A DNA stretch of 64,000 bases from Myxococcota bacterium (GTDB taxonomy: Bacteria; Myxococcota_A; UBA9042; PHBI01; JAWLBL01): positions 247,660-311,659 of the forward strand of contig JAWLBL010000003.1 in assembly GCA_041687695.1 (NCBI GenBank), written 5' to 3'. The notes beneath the pieces were generated by a model, which had not been told where the DNA came from, did no database searches, and worked only from the letters and a program-made list of their open reading frames with translations. The position numbers and the translations under genes were made by a program. Shown in pieces: positions 9,901 through 22,149 of the stretch. The first letter of the stretch is position 1. Each line of letters opens with the position of its first letter.

Positions 9901-10302
9901 ATGATCTGGAGCCGAACGTCCCGCGGCGGTCGCCTCGCCGCGCTCGCGGGCGCCCTCGCGGCCGCGCTCGTCGCGTGCGTCGCCAACCCGACGCCTCACC
10001 CCGAGGGCCCCGACGATCTGGCCGCGCCCGGTCTGGACGCGGTCGCGCCCGACGGCGACTACCTGGTCCCGCCTCATCCGGACGAAGACATCGTGGGGGG
10101 CGTCACGCCCGACGGCGGAGGGCCCCACGACCCGTACGACGGACTCGACGCTGGCGCCGACGTCGAGCAGGATGGCGACGCGAGCGAGGCCGCCCGTCCG
10201 GACGTCACGGACGACACGCATGATGAAGACGACGCGGACGAAGGGCCGCGTGGGCCCGAGCCGCCCGACCCGGGCGGCACCGACGAGGAGGTCACGGGGT
10301 GA
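9901..10302 (+). CDS. Small acidic lipoprotein, hypothetical (start may be 9880)
   Basis: Basic N-terminus, hydrophobic stretch, lipobox LVAC, Asp/Pro/Gly-rich body; stop overlaps next gene (GTGA). Confidence 0.65.
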   Translation: MIWSRTSRGGRLAALAGALAAALVACVANPTPHPEGPDDLAAPGLDAVAPDGDYLVPPHPDEDIVGGVTPDGGGPHDPYDGLDAGADVEQDGDASEAARPDVTDDTHDEDDADEGPRGPEPPDPGGTDEEVTG

Positions 10303-11150
10303 CGGACGCGCAGCGGGAGGGTCGGATCGCGGTCGTCTACGACCTGGACGAGACGCTGGTGGACACGGGCGACTCGTACCGCGCCGCCATCGCGCGGACG
10401 GTGGCGAGCTATCCGGCGATCGAGGGGCCGCCGGTGACGGTGCGCGACATCCTGGCGCTCAAGGCGGCGCGCGGCTTCAACAACGACTGGGACCTCACCG
10501 TGGCGCTGCTGCGGGCGGCGGCCGCCGGCGTCCCCTACGCGCACGCGGCGACGCGGCCCGAGCAGTTGGCGCCGGAGGCGTGCGTCGACCGAGCGCTGGT
10601 GGTCCGCATCTTCCAGGAGCACTACCTGGGTGGCGGCCTCTTCGAGGCGCTCGAGGGAGACGCGTTGGCGTGGACCGACGGGACGCCGCTCATCGACCGC
10701 GAGCGGCTGCTGGTCGCCCCGGACGCGTTGGCGGCGCTGTCGCGACGTGTGCCGCTGGCCATCGCGACGGGCCGGCCCCGGGCCGAGGCGCTGTACGCGT
10801 TGAGCCGAGCGGGTGTCGGTGACCTGTTCACCGCGGTGGTCACCCACGACTGCTGCGAGGAGGAGGCGGCACGCCGCGCCGACGGGGGGCGGCTGGGCAA
10901 GCCGAACCCGTGGCCGCTCGAGGAGGCGCGACGTCGCCTGGAGGCGCGGGTGGGCGCGGTCGAGCGGGTGTTCTATGTCGGGGACCTGCCCGACGACATG
11001 CGGGCGGCGCGGGCCGCAGGGTTCATCGGCCTGGCCGTGGTGCCCGAGCCCGACCCGACGAGGGAGGCGGCCTTGCGCGAGGCAGGGGCGCGCCACATCC
11101 TGCGCGCGTCCATCCCGCCGGACGAGGTGCTGGCGGGTTCGCCCGCCTGA
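10299..11150 (+). CDS. HAD-superfamily hydrolase/phosphatase
   Basis: Motif I YDLDETLVD, GFNNDWD, motif II IATGRP, motif III KPNP, motif IV YVGDLPDD. Confidence 0.9.
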   Translation: MTDAQREGRIAVVYDLDETLVDTGDSYRAAIARTVASYPAIEGPPVTVRDILALKAARGFNNDWDLTVALLRAAAAGVPYAHAATRPEQLAPEACVDRALVVRIFQEHYLGGGLFEALEGDALAWTDGTPLIDRERLLVAPDALAALSRRVPLAIATGRPRAEALYALSRAGVGDLFTAVVTHDCCEEEAARRADGGRLGKPNPWPLEEARRRLEARVGAVERVFYVGDLPDDMRAARAAGFIGLAVVPEPDPTREAALREAGARHILRASIPPDEVLAGSPA

Positions 11151-11159
11151 GGGCGTCGC

Positions 11160-12602
11160 TCAGCCGTAGTCGATGGCGAGGTTGTCGAAGCGCGTGTAGG
11201 CGTTCCAGAACTTCAGCTTGACCGTGCCGGTCGGGCCGTTTCGGTGCTTGCCGATGATGAGCTCGGCCACGCCGCGGGTCTCCTCGTCCACGTTCTTGTT
11301 GTAGACCTCCTCGCGGTAGATGAAGCCGATGATGTCGGCGTCCTGCTCGATGGCGCCCGACTCGCGCAGATCGCTCATCATCGGGCGCTTGTCGGTGCGC
11401 GACTCGAGGCTGCGGTTGAGCTGGCTGAGCGCGATGACCGGGCAGCCGAGCTCCTTGGCGAGGTGCTTGAGCGAGCGAGAGATCTGCGAGATCTCCTGCT
11501 CGCGGCTCTTGGTGCGGTCGCCGCCGCTCATCAGCTGCAGGTAGTCGATGACGATGAGGTCGAGCCCCTCGCGGCGGGCGAGGCGGCGACACTGGGCGCG
11601 GATGGTGGCCGGGGTCGCGCCGGCGCCGTCGTTCATGTAGATGCGGGCCTTGGACAGGCGGTCGGCGGCCTCGACCAGGCGCGGCCACTCGGCGTGGTCC
11701 AGGTTGCCACCGCGCATCCGGCTGACGTCGATGCGGGCCTCGCTGGCGAGCATACGGGCCGCGAGCTGCTCGGCTGGCATCTCGAGCGAGAAGACGGCTA
11801 CGCTGGCGTTGCCCTTGAGGGCCGAGTTGACCGCCAGGTTGAGGACGAAGGACGTCTTGCCCATGGCGGGGCGGGCCGCCAGGATGATGAGGTCGCCGGC
11901 GTGCAGGCCGTGGGTGAGCTTGTCCAGGTCGCGAAAGCCCGTCGTCAGGCCGGTGACCGACCCCTCGGCGTTGTAGGTCTTCTCGATCTGCTCGATGGTC
12001 GCGCGGACCACGTCGCTCATGGGGCGCATGTTCGCGCCCGAGCGCTCCTCGAGGACCGCGAAGACGCGCTTTTCGGCGGCGTCGAGGTACTCGGCGACGT
12101 CGCCGACGTCCTGCAGGCCCTCGGTCTCGATGGTCCGCGCGGCCTCGATCATCCGCCGCAGCATCGCCTTGGCCTGGACGATCTTGCAGTAGTGCTCGAG
12201 GTTCGACGTCGTGCCGGCGCGCTCGAGCAGCGCCCCGAGCGTCGGCGCCCCCCCCATCTTCTCCCAGACGCCGGCGTCCTTGAGCTCCTGGTGGAGCGTG
12301 ACCAGATCGACGGTCCCGGTGCGCTCCGAGACGCGCCGCATCGCCTCGTACACGAGGGTGTGGCGCTCGAGGTAGAAGTCTTCGCCCTTCAGGTGCTCGG
12401 CGATGACGTCGAGCGAGGTCGGATCGACCAGCACGGCGCCCAGCACCTCTCGCTCGGCCTCGAGCGAGTGCGGCATCGACAGGCCCTCACGCAGTTCGAA
12501 GCCCGGGGCTCCGCCGCGGCCTGCTCCCATGCCATGGCCGCCCGCCGGGGCCGGGCGCGGCGCCGCCGGGTGCCCGGGATCGTCATCGCCAACGAAGCTC
12601 AC
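11160..12602 (-). CDS. dnaB: Replicative DNA helicase
   Basis: PHSLEAEREVLG, LAARPAMGKT, FSLEM, IVIDYLQLM, ALSQLNR, DLRESGAIEQDAD, KHRNGPTG; GGAGG RBS before GTG at 12602; no intein. Confidence 0.98.
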   Translation of the reverse strand: MSFVGDDDPGHPAAPRPAPAGGHGMGAGRGGAPGFELREGLSMPHSLEAEREVLGAVLVDPTSLDVIAEHLKGEDFYLERHTLVYEAMRRVSERTGTVDLVTLHQELKDAGVWEKMGGAPTLGALLERAGTTSNLEHYCKIVQAKAMLRRMIEAARTIETEGLQDVGDVAEYLDAAEKRVFAVLEERSGANMRPMSDVVRATIEQIEKTYNAEGSVTGLTTGFRDLDKLTHGLHAGDLIILAARPAMGKTSFVLNLAVNSALKGNASVAVFSLEMPAEQLAARMLASEARIDVSRMRGGNLDHAEWPRLVEAADRLSKARIYMNDGAGATPATIRAQCRRLARREGLDLIVIDYLQLMSGGDRTKSREQEISQISRSLKHLAKELGCPVIALSQLNRSLESRTDKRPMMSDLRESGAIEQDADIIGFIYREEVYNKNVDEETRGVAELIIGKHRNGPTGTVKLKFWNAYTRFDNLAIDYG

Positions 12603-12824
12603 GGCACGTCCTCCCGAGACCGGGGCGTCGCGTGCCCGCTGCGGCGCCCCGGACCGCGGATACTTGCCCCGATCGCGCGGTCCTGTCTACCGTGGGTCAT
12701 CGCTTGTGACCGGGACGTGGCCACGGTGGTCCCGCCCGTCGATCCTCGAAGGCACCACGACGACGAAGACGGTCCCCGACGAGGGGCTGGCCTCGCGCGG
12801 ACGCGCTGGCCGACCCCCGGTGGC

Positions 12825-13655
12825 ATGGAGCGCGACGGAATGCAGCGAGACGAGCAAGGCGCCGGCGTCCCCAAGCAGCGGCTCGTGGCGCTCGGCGTCA
12901 ACGACGTGACCCTGCTCGACGCCGTCATCGAGCACTACCGGGGTCTGCTCGACACCGCGGCCGGGCTGCGGCGCGGCGCGTGGGGCCTCGGCTTCTTCGG
13001 ATCGGGCGAGCTCCTCGTCCGCAAGTGTCCCATCTTGCGCGACTTCGACGGCCTGCGCTTTCTGCGCGGCCTCACCGCGCGGCACCTGCTCGTGGTGGGT
13101 GACGAGGCCGCGGCGAGCCCCTTCCGGCCCGACGCCGCGCAGCCGATGCGGTTTCGCGACTGGTTGTTCGCGATGAGCGGCGGCCTGGGGCTGGGCGAGT
13201 CGTTCAAGGACGCGGTCGAGGAGAGCCTGGACGGCTTCGTCGCCAAGGCGGTCCGGACCGGCACGCGCCACGAGGCGGTCATGGTCGTCCTGATGGAGGC
13301 GCTGTACCGCGCCAACACGATGGACGTGCGCTCGTTCACGCGCGAGCTCCTCCACGGCGCGCTGGCGGACGGGGTCTCGCGGGCGGCCGAGCTGGCCGGG
13401 GGGCGACAGGCGCTCGACGTCGCGATGGTCCTGCACTCTGGATCTCGCCTGTTCGCCCTGTCCGCGGGGCGGCCCCTGTGGCTGGTGCGCGGCCCGGAGG
13501 TCGCGCCCGACGCGCGCGGGGGCGGCCTGGCGCGGCACCGGCACCTCAAGGTGGCGTTGGTGACCGACCGCGACCCCGGGGGCGCCGAGCCGCTGCCGCC
13601 GTGGACCGGCGTCGAGATCGCCGACACCTGCGAGCCCATCCCCTTCGCGCTGTAG
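12825..13655 (+). CDS. Class II glutamine amidotransferase-like (Ntn-fold) protein lacking the catalytic N-terminal Cys
   Basis: C-terminal part of track ORF 11244..13655; QRLVALG, GAWGLGFF...LLVRKCP, QPMRFRDWLFAMSG resemble degenerate GATase_4 motifs; start uncertain (12825 or 12840). Confidence 0.55.
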   Translation: MERDGMQRDEQGAGVPKQRLVALGVNDVTLLDAVIEHYRGLLDTAAGLRRGAWGLGFFGSGELLVRKCPILRDFDGLRFLRGLTARHLLVVGDEAAASPFRPDAAQPMRFRDWLFAMSGGLGLGESFKDAVEESLDGFVAKAVRTGTRHEAVMVVLMEALYRANTMDVRSFTRELLHGALADGVSRAAELAGGRQALDVAMVLHSGSRLFALSAGRPLWLVRGPEVAPDARGGGLARHRHLKVALVTDRDPGGAEPLPPWTGVEIADTCEPIPFAL

Positions 13656-13673
13656 CCTCGCTCGGTGGCGACC

Positions 13674-13853
13674 TCAGGGCATCGCGCGCAGCAGGGCGGC
13701 CTGGGCCTCGGGCGACATCTCGTAGCCGAGCTCACGCAGCGTGCCGGCCGGGTCCGTGGCCAGGCGGGCCATCGCGCCGAGGTCCCGCCACAGGGCGAGG
13801 GTGATGTCGGCCCAGGCCTGCTTGAGCTCCCGGAGGTTGCGGATGCGCTTCAT
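13674..13853 (-). CDS. 59-aa small protein resembling an NHLP-clan leader domain
   Basis: GAGGAG RBS before ATG; MKRIRNLRELKQAWADITLALWRDLGAMARLATDPAGTLRELGYEMSPEAQAALLRAMP. Confidence 0.65.
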   Translation of the reverse strand: MKRIRNLRELKQAWADITLALWRDLGAMARLATDPAGTLRELGYEMSPEAQAALLRAMP

Positions 13854-13993
13854 GGTGGGCTCCTCGGTCGGGTCGGCCCCCGTCGGCCGACGGTCTCTTG
13901 GACGTCTCAGGGGCCGGGAAGGTCTGAACACGGACGCGGGCGAAGGCATGCCTCCCCCGCCCGGCGCCTCGAAGTCTCAGAGGTAACGAGGCG

Positions 13994-14023
13994 TTGACCC
14001 ACAGGAATTGGGGTGGCTATAAC
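13994..14023 (+). promoter_or_regulatory. sigma70-type promoter for ugd
   Basis: TTGACC, 18 bp spacer, TATAAC, 50 bp upstream of ATG. Confidence 0.6.
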
Positions 14024-14073
14024 CGCCGCCTCTTTCGTCGGCGCGGCGCCTGGGCGCCCCGCGGGAGCTAGTC

Positions 14074-15375
<1,302 letters not shown>

Positions 15376-15528
15376 GCGTCGGAGGCGGCCCAGCGGCGTC
15401 GGTCGGACCCCCTCTGGGGACGGGCGGGTTGCAGGCCACGGACCCGGGGGGCGCTTGCGCGACCGCCTCGCTCTGCTAACGTGGCCGGGCACGTGGCCCC
15501 TTCGGCCCGTCGGCCCCTGCGAGGCGTG

Positions 15529-17952
15529 ATGGCGCGGTCAGCTCGGTGGTGGATGGCCCTCGCGGCGGCGCTCGCGTCGTCGTCGCCCGGCGCTGCGCTG
15601 GCGCGCACGGGGGCGCCCGAACCCGACGTGTTCGACGCCGACGATCCGACCGTCGGGGCCGAGCCGTTGCCGACCCTGGGCGGGGCGGACCCCAAGCGGG
15701 TCGACGAGGACATCGTCCTGGCCGCCCAGAAGGTCCGACGCACCATCCAGGACGCGCCCAGCATCATCACGGTCATCACGCGCGAGCAGATCCAGCAGCG
15801 CGGCTACCGCACCATCAACGACGTGATGCGCACGGTGGCCGGCTTCGAGGGCGACCGCTGGGAGGGCAACGGCTGGCACCGCGAGGCGTTCGCGCGTGGC
15901 CTCCCACAGACCGTGCTGGTGCTGGTCAACGGCGTCAGCATCGTCGAGCCCGTGCGCAACATGGTGAACCTGGATCGCAAGATCCCGCTCGAGATCGTCG
16001 AGCGCATCGAGGTCACCAGCGGCCCCGGCGGCATCCTGTGGGGCTCTAACGCGCTGCTGGGCGTCATCAACATCGTGACGCGCCGGCCCAGCGAGGGCGA
16101 GCCCCTGGTGCACGCGCTGGTCGGCTTCGGCGACGGCCCGGCCGACCGCCTGCAGTTCAAGGCGGGCCTGGGCCTCAACCATCGCTTCTCGGACACGGTC
16201 GGCCTCTTCGCCCACCTCAACCTGTACACGACCGAGGGGCCCGAGCTGACGGCCGACATGCAGAAGGTGGTCGGCGCTCTGCCCGAGCCCGCCGAGGATG
16301 GGCCGACCCTGTACCTGCCGACCCCCATCACGGTCGCGAGCGGCAAGCGCAGCTGGTTCTTCAACTTCGCCGGCCGCCTCGAGCTCGGCAAGGTCGCGCT
16401 CGACTGGATGCTCCCCTTCGAGGACGACTACCGGCCCCTCGCGACGGGCGGCGCCGTGCTGACCGAGAACTACCTGGACCCCGACCGCCCCGGCACGGTC
16501 ACGCGCTCGTCCGACAGCATCCGCCTGGTCAACCTGAGCTACGCCGACCGCTTCGCCGACTCGGCCGTCGGCATCAACAGCCGCCTGTACCTGGTGACCT
16601 GGGACATCCAGGAGAATCCGTTCGGCGTCTACTCGGCCAGCCCCGTCCTGTACGCCTCCTACGGCCACACCCGCGACCTGCGCCTGGGCCTGGTCTCGGA
16701 CCTCATCGCCCGCACGGGCGCCGCCGTCGACGTGGACATCGCCGTCACCGACGACCTGACGGTCATCACGGGCGCCGAGGCCTTCATCGACACCCAGCGC
16801 GGCATCCAGCAGCACTTCTGGGCCTCCGACGTGCTCGGCGTGTGCCCCGAGGGCTTCACCTACGCGCCCGACGACCCCTACCTGCCCTGCCGCATCACCG
16901 ACACCCTCATCGGCGACGTCACCCGCCTCATCTCGGGCGCCTTCGTCAGCGCCGACTGGCGGCTCCACGACCGCTTCGCCCTCAACGGCGGCGTCCGCCT
17001 GCAGGCCTCCGACGCGTACGACCCGACGCTGCTCTACTCCGGCGGCCTCGTCTGGGAGCTGCTCGAGCGCACCCACCTCAAGGTCTTCGCCTCGGCGGGG
17101 CTCCGCCCGCCCAGCACCAACAGCACGCACACCCGCGACACCACCTCGGGCGTGACCTTCCAGGCCAACCCGGATCTGCAGGCCGAGACGTCGAGCTCCC
17201 TCGAGGGCGAGCTGAACACGACCCTGCTGCGCGACGCCGGCCCGCTGCGCGATCTCTTCCTGCGCTTCAACGGCGCCTACACGCTGATGGACAACGTCAT
17301 CGGGCGCCCCGGCGGGCGCTTCGAGAACTCGGGCCAGCGCGACATCGTCAGCGGCGAGGCCATGGTCCGTCTGCGCTTCGACGCGGGCCACCAGCTGTGG
17401 GCGAACTACACCTACACCCAGGTCTTCGACGACGCCTGGGCGGGCGGCGAGATCCGCAACTTCGCGCGCCACATGGGCAACGTCGGCGGCACCCTGTCTC
17501 TGCTCGGTGGCAGCATCGAGCTGACCGGCATCGTCAACGTCAAGGGGTCGATGCAGGACCCCAACCGCCGCTTCGTCGCCGACCCGTCGCGGCCCGACCT
17601 CGGCGCGACCTGCGCGCAGCTGTCCACGCAGGCCATCCCGTCCGAGCACCCGCTGTCACGCCTGCAGGCCATCTGCGCCATGCCGGGGATGGGCGACGGC
17701 GTCTGGGTCTTCCCGGGCACCGACGTGACCGAGACCATCCGCCCGCTGACGCTGGTCGACGTCGGCGTGCGCTTCAAGAACCTGTGGCGCGACATGACCG
17801 CCTCGGTCTTCCTGCACAACCTCCTCGACCACCGCTACTACGAGCCCGACTTCTTCGGCGACCCGCGCGTCCTCAGCCGGCCCCAACCCAAGCCCGGCCT
17901 GTCGGTCTTCGCGCAGCTGTCCATCGGCCTGGACGCCCTCACCGGGCCGTAG
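15529..17952 (+). CDS. TonB-dependent outer-membrane receptor
   Basis: Signal peptide; plug motifs DAPSIITVITREQI, VLVLVNG, IERIEVTSGPGGILWGSNALLGVINIVT; NPDLQAETS, HNLLD..Y; start approximate. Confidence 0.9.
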   Translation: MARSARWWMALAAALASSSPGAALARTGAPEPDVFDADDPTVGAEPLPTLGGADPKRVDEDIVLAAQKVRRTIQDAPSIITVITREQIQQRGYRTINDVMRTVAGFEGDRWEGNGWHREAFARGLPQTVLVLVNGVSIVEPVRNMVNLDRKIPLEIVERIEVTSGPGGILWGSNALLGVINIVTRRPSEGEPLVHALVGFGDGPADRLQFKAGLGLNHRFSDTVGLFAHLNLYTTEGPELTADMQKVVGALPEPAEDGPTLYLPTPITVASGKRSWFFNFAGRLELGKVALDWMLPFEDDYRPLATGGAVLTENYLDPDRPGTVTRSSDSIRLVNLSYADRFADSAVGINSRLYLVTWDIQENPFGVYSASPVLYASYGHTRDLRLGLVSDLIARTGAAVDVDIAVTDDLTVITGAEAFIDTQRGIQQHFWASDVLGVCPEGFTYAPDDPYLPCRITDTLIGDVTRLISGAFVSADWRLHDRFALNGGVRLQASDAYDPTLLYSGGLVWELLERTHLKVFASAGLRPPSTNSTHTRDTTSGVTFQANPDLQAETSSSLEGELNTTLLRDAGPLRDLFLRFNGAYTLMDNVIGRPGGRFENSGQRDIVSGEAMVRLRFDAGHQLWANYTYTQVFDDAWAGGEIRNFARHMGNVGGTLSLLGGSIELTGIVNVKGSMQDPNRRFVADPSRPDLGATCAQLSTQAIPSEHPLSRLQAICAMPGMGDGVWVFPGTDVTETIRPLTLVDVGVRFKNLWRDMTASVFLHNLLDHRYYEPDFFGDPRVLSRPQPKPGLSVFAQLSIGLDALTGP

Positions 17953-17997
17953 CCAAAAACCCCTGCAATTACGGGATGTTGCGCCGCAACGTGGCGG

Positions 17998-18026
17998 TTG
18001 ACACCCAGGGGGCCGTGCGGTAGGGT
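17998..18026 (+). promoter_or_regulatory. sigma70-type promoter for gyrA
   Basis: TTGACA, 17 bp spacer, TAGGGT; preceded by palindrome GTTGCG-C-CGCAAC at 17978-17990. Confidence 0.6.
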
Positions 18027-18213
18027 CCGCACTCCCCGGGCCACCTCTGGCCACGGGCCGCTCGAGTCCGTCCGGCGCGCTCGCGCCCTCTCGCTGCGAC
18101 GCCCGGTGGCTCGGCCGCTCCCGCGTTTCGGGACGGCCCCTCCCCTGCGCGTCCCTGGATGACCTCCAGGGGCCGCAACCCGCGACCTTCCTCGGCCCTC
18201 AGCCGGAGCAGAC

Positions 18214-20913
18214 ATGGACCAGGAGAACGTGATGGGAGGCGGCGGCGCTCGCGTCCCCGTCGCCATCGAAGAGGAGATGCGTGGGTCGTATCTGGCCTAC
18301 GCCATGTCCGTCATCATCGGGCGCGCGCTGCCCGACGTCCGTGACGGGCTCAAGCCCGTGCATCGGCGCGTCCTGTACGCCATGTACGAGCAGCGCAACC
18401 TCTTCAACACGGCCTACAAGAAGTCTGCCCGCATCGTCGGCGACGTCATCGGCAAGTATCACCCCCACGGTGACACGGCGGTGTACGACACGATGGTCCG
18501 CATGGCGCAGGACTTCTCCATGCGCTACCCCCTGGTGGACGGCCAGGGCAACTTCGGCTCCGTCGACGGCGACCCCGCGGCGGCCATGCGTTACACCGAA
18601 GTGCGCATGACCCGCCTCGCCGGCGAGATGCTCGGCGACATCGAAAAAGACACGGTCGACTGGCAGGACAACTACGACGGCTCCGAGCAGGAGCCGCAGG
18701 TTCTGCCCGCGGCCTTCCCGAACCTGCTGGTCAACGGCTCGGGCGGCATCGCGGTCGGCATGGCCACGAACATGCCGCCGCACAACCTGACCGAGGTCAT
18801 CAAGGCGACCATCGCCCTCATCGAGGACCCGACCCTGACGGTGCGCGACCTCATGCGCTTCGTGCCGGGGCCGGACTTCCCGACCGGCGGCTACATCTTC
18901 GGGCGCACGGGCATCGAGCAGGCCTACGAGCACGGCCGCGGCATCATCCGCGTCCGCGCCAAGACCGAGGTCGAGCTCGACGAGCGCGGCGACGAAAAAG
19001 CGATCATCATCAACGAGCTGCCCTACCAGGTGAACAAGGCCAAGCTCCTCGAGCGCATCGCCGAGCTGGTCCGCGACAAGAAGATCGAGGGCATCCGCGA
19101 CCTCCGCGACGAGAGCGCGCGCCAGGGCATGCGCGTGTACATCGAGCTGAAGAAGGGCGCGATGAGCCAGATCGTGCTCAATCAGCTCTACGCGATGACG
19201 CCCATGCAATCGAGCTTCGGCATCATCAACCTGGCCATCGTCGGCGGGCAGCCGCGGGTCCTCAACCTGAAAGAGCTGCTCGAGCACTTCGTCAACCACC
19301 GCCGCGACGTCGTCACGCGCCGGTGCCGCTACGAGCTGCGCAAGGCCGAGGAGCGCTCGCACATCCTCGAGGGCTACCTCATCGCGCTGGCCAACATCGA
19401 CGAGGTGGTGGCCATCATCAAGGCCAGCCCCACGCCCCAGGACGCGCGCGACAACCTGATGGCGCGCTTTCTGCTGAGCCAGGTCCAGGCGCAGAGCATC
19501 CTGGACATGCGCCTGCAGCGGCTGACCGGCCTCGAGGTCGACAAGATCAAGGAGGAGTACGCGCAGATCCAGGAGACCATCAAGCGGCTCAAGGCCATCC
19601 TGGCCAGCGACGTGCTGCTGATGGAGGTCATCGTCGGCGAGCTGCGCAGCATCGAGGAGCAGTTCGGCGACAAGCGCCGCACGCAGATCGTCGAGGCCTC
19701 GGGCGAGATCGGGATGGAGGATCTCATCGCCGACGAGGACATGGTCGTGACCCTGACCTCGACGGGCTACATCAAGCGCACGCCGCTGGCCGAGTACCGC
19801 ACCCAGGGGCGCGGCGGCCGTGGTCGCCGCGGCATGTCGACCAAAGAGACCGACAACGTCACCAACCTGTTCGTGGCGTCGGCGCACACGCTGCTGCTCA
19901 TCTTCACCGACCGCGGGCAGGTCTACCCGCTCAAGGTCTGGGAGCTGCCGCAGGGCGGCCTGACCTCCAGCGGCAAGGCCATCGTGAACCTGATCCCGCT
20001 CGAGTCCGGCGAGACCGTGCGCTCGGTGTTGGCGGTCGAGGACCTCGACACCGAGGCGCTGTCGGTCGTCTTCTCGACGCGGCAGGGGACGGTCAAGCGG
20101 ACCATCCTCAACCAGTACAAGAACGTCCGCAACAGCGGCATCCGCGCCATCGTGCTCGAGGCCGACGACGATCTCGTCGACGTGCGCCTCGCGGGCCCGG
20201 ACGACCACGTGATGCTGGTCAGCGCCAAGGGCATGGCCATCATCTTCCCCATCGACGACGTGCGGCCCACGGGACGCGCCAGCATGGGCGTGCGCGGCAT
20301 CCGCTTGAAGCCCAAGGACCACGTCGTCGCCATGGACATCGTCAGCCTGGCCGCGACGGGGCCGCTCGACGAGGAGGGCGCCGAGGTCGAAGAGGAGACC
20401 GAGGTCGAGGAGGGGGCGGCGACCGCCGAGGAGCAGGTCGACGCCGAGACCCCGACCGTGGTGCTGGTGACCGAGAACGGCTTCGGCAAGCGCACGCCGC
20501 TGTCGGCCTTCCGCATCCAGCACCGCAGCGGCCTGGGCCTGCGCTCGCTGCCGTTCGCGGCGCGCAACGGCGATCTGGTGTCGATGTGCCAGGCGCGCTC
20601 GGTGGACGACCTGATGGTCGTGACCGACGGCGGCACCATCATCCGCATGCCCGTGGCCGAGGTGAAGGCCTACAGCCGCGCCGCCCGCGGCGTGCGCATC
20701 ATCGCGCTGTCGCAGGGCGAGAAGGTCGTGTCGATCTACACGGTCCCGGCCGGTCAGGCCGAGGAGAGCGAGATCGAGGGCGAGGAGGTGACCACCATCG
20801 AGCAGGGTGAGGTGCCGCTGGACGTGCACGTCGACCTGCCGGCCGAGGGTGACGAACAGGGCGGCGCCGGCGAAGCGACCGATGAGCCCGGGTCCGAGGG
20901 GGACGAGTCGTGA
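18214..20913 (+). CDS. gyrA: DNA gyrase subunit A
   Basis: [30 protein letters not shown], GyrA-box QGRGGRG, beta-pinwheel repeats, acidic tail. Confidence 0.98.
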   Translation: MDQENVMGGGGARVPVAIEEEMRGSYLAYAMSVIIGRALPDVRDGLKPVHRRVLYAMYEQRNLFNTAYKKSARIVGDVIGKYHPHGDTAVYDTMVRMAQDFSMRYPLVDGQGNFGSVDGDPAAAMRYTEVRMTRLAGEMLGDIEKDTVDWQDNYDGSEQEPQVLPAAFPNLLVNGSGGIAVGMATNMPPHNLTEVIKATIALIEDPTLTVRDLMRFVPGPDFPTGGYIFGRTGIEQAYEHGRGIIRVRAKTEVELDERGDEKAIIINELPYQVNKAKLLERIAELVRDKKIEGIRDLRDESARQGMRVYIELKKGAMSQIVLNQLYAMTPMQSSFGIINLAIVGGQPRVLNLKELLEHFVNHRRDVVTRRCRYELRKAEERSHILEGYLIALANIDEVVAIIKASPTPQDARDNLMARFLLSQVQAQSILDMRLQRLTGLEVDKIKEEYAQIQETIKRLKAILASDVLLMEVIVGELRSIEEQFGDKRRTQIVEASGEIGMEDLIADEDMVVTLTSTGYIKRTPLAEYRTQGRGGRGRRGMSTKETDNVTNLFVASAHTLLLIFTDRGQVYPLKVWELPQGGLTSSGKAIVNLIPLESGETVRSVLAVEDLDTEALSVVFSTRQGTVKRTILNQYKNVRNSGIRAIVLEADDDLVDVRLAGPDDHVMLVSAKGMAIIFPIDDVRPTGRASMGVRGIRLKPKDHVVAMDIVSLAATGPLDEEGAEVEEETEVEEGAATAEEQVDAETPTVVLVTENGFGKRTPLSAFRIQHRSGLGLRSLPFAARNGDLVSMCQARSVDDLMVVTDGGTIIRMPVAEVKAYSRAARGVRIIALSQGEKVVSIYTVPAGQAEESEIEGEEVTTIEQGEVPLDVHVDLPAEGDEQGGAGEATDEPGSEGDES

Positions 20914-22142
20914 GCGAGCGCGTACGGGTCATCTTGCGTCGGGGCAAGTCCAAGCCGTTCTGGCTGGGACACCCCTGGGTGTTCAGCGGCGCCATCGACC
21001 GCGTCGAGGGGGTCGTGCCCGAGACGGGCGCGCCTTGCGTGGTCGAGGACGAGCGCCAGAACGTGCTGGGCACGGGCTTTTACAACCCGATGGGCAAGAT
21101 CGCGGTGCGGCTGCTTCAGCACCGGCGCACGACCGATCTGCCGTTCGATCCGCAGCCGTTCGACCGGCTGGTCGAGCAGCGCGTCCGCGAGGCGGCGGCC
21201 CGGCGTCAGGCGCTGGGGCTGCCCCACGGGCGCACGGACTCGTACCGTGTCGTCAACGCCGAGGGCGACCACCTGTCGGGCCTGGTGGTCGACAAGCTGG
21301 GTGACGCGGCCGTCGTGCACTTGAACTCGCGCGCCATGTACGAGGCGCGCGCGGTGGTCGCGGACGCCGTGCGGCGGGTGCTTGGGCCCGAGCGCATCAT
21401 CATGGCCGTGGGGGACGAGGCCTCGCGCCTCGAGGCCATCCCCACGGGCGTCCACTACGTCTGGCCCGAGGAGCGCAAGGAGGACGGCGCCGTCCAGGTG
21501 CTCGAGAACGGCGTCCGGTACCGCGTGGACGTCTTCGGCGGGCAGAAGACCGGCTTCTACTTCGACCAGCGCGACAACCGGCGGCGCTTCGCCGAGCTGT
21601 GCGAGGGGCGTCGGCTGCTCGATCTGTACAGCTACGTCGGCGGCTTCTCGCTCAACGCGCTGGTGGCCGGGGCCGAGCACGCGACCGTGGTCGACAGCTC
21701 GGGTCCGGCCATCGCGGCGGCGTCGGCCAACGCGCAGCTCAACGGCGTGCCGGCCGAGCGCCTCAGCGCGCACGCCGAGGACGCGATGGTCTGGCTGAAG
21801 GAGGCCAACGCCCGGGGGCTGGCCTGGGATCGCATCGTGTGCGACCCGCCCAAGCTCGCGCGGGGCCGCGGCCACATCGACGAGGCCATCAAGAAGTACG
21901 CGCGCCTCAACACGCTCGCCATGAGCGTCCTGGCGCCCGGGGGGCTGCTCCTGACCTGCACCTGCAGCCAGCACGTCAGCGAAGAGGCCTTCCTGCGCAT
22001 GTTGACGGACGCCGGCCACCGCCTGCGCCGGACCGTGCACGTGCACGCGGTCTGGGGCCAGGCGCCGGACCACCCGTTCTCCGTGGTGGCGCCCGAAGGC
22101 CGCTACCTGACGGCGGTGCTCATCAGCACCTCCGAGGGCTAA
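20910..22142 (+). CDS. rlmI: RlmI-like class I SAM-dependent rRNA methyltransferase
   Basis: PUA-like [62 protein letters not shown]; overlaps gyrA stop. Confidence 0.85.
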   Translation: MSERVRVILRRGKSKPFWLGHPWVFSGAIDRVEGVVPETGAPCVVEDERQNVLGTGFYNPMGKIAVRLLQHRRTTDLPFDPQPFDRLVEQRVREAAARRQALGLPHGRTDSYRVVNAEGDHLSGLVVDKLGDAAVVHLNSRAMYEARAVVADAVRRVLGPERIIMAVGDEASRLEAIPTGVHYVWPEERKEDGAVQVLENGVRYRVDVFGGQKTGFYFDQRDNRRRFAELCEGRRLLDLYSYVGGFSLNALVAGAEHATVVDSSGPAIAAASANAQLNGVPAERLSAHAEDAMVWLKEANARGLAWDRIVCDPPKLARGRGHIDEAIKKYARLNTLAMSVLAPGGLLLTCTCSQHVSEEAFLRMLTDAGHRLRRTVHVHAVWGQAPDHPFSVVAPEGRYLTAVLISTSEG

Positions 22143-22149
22143 AGAAGTA

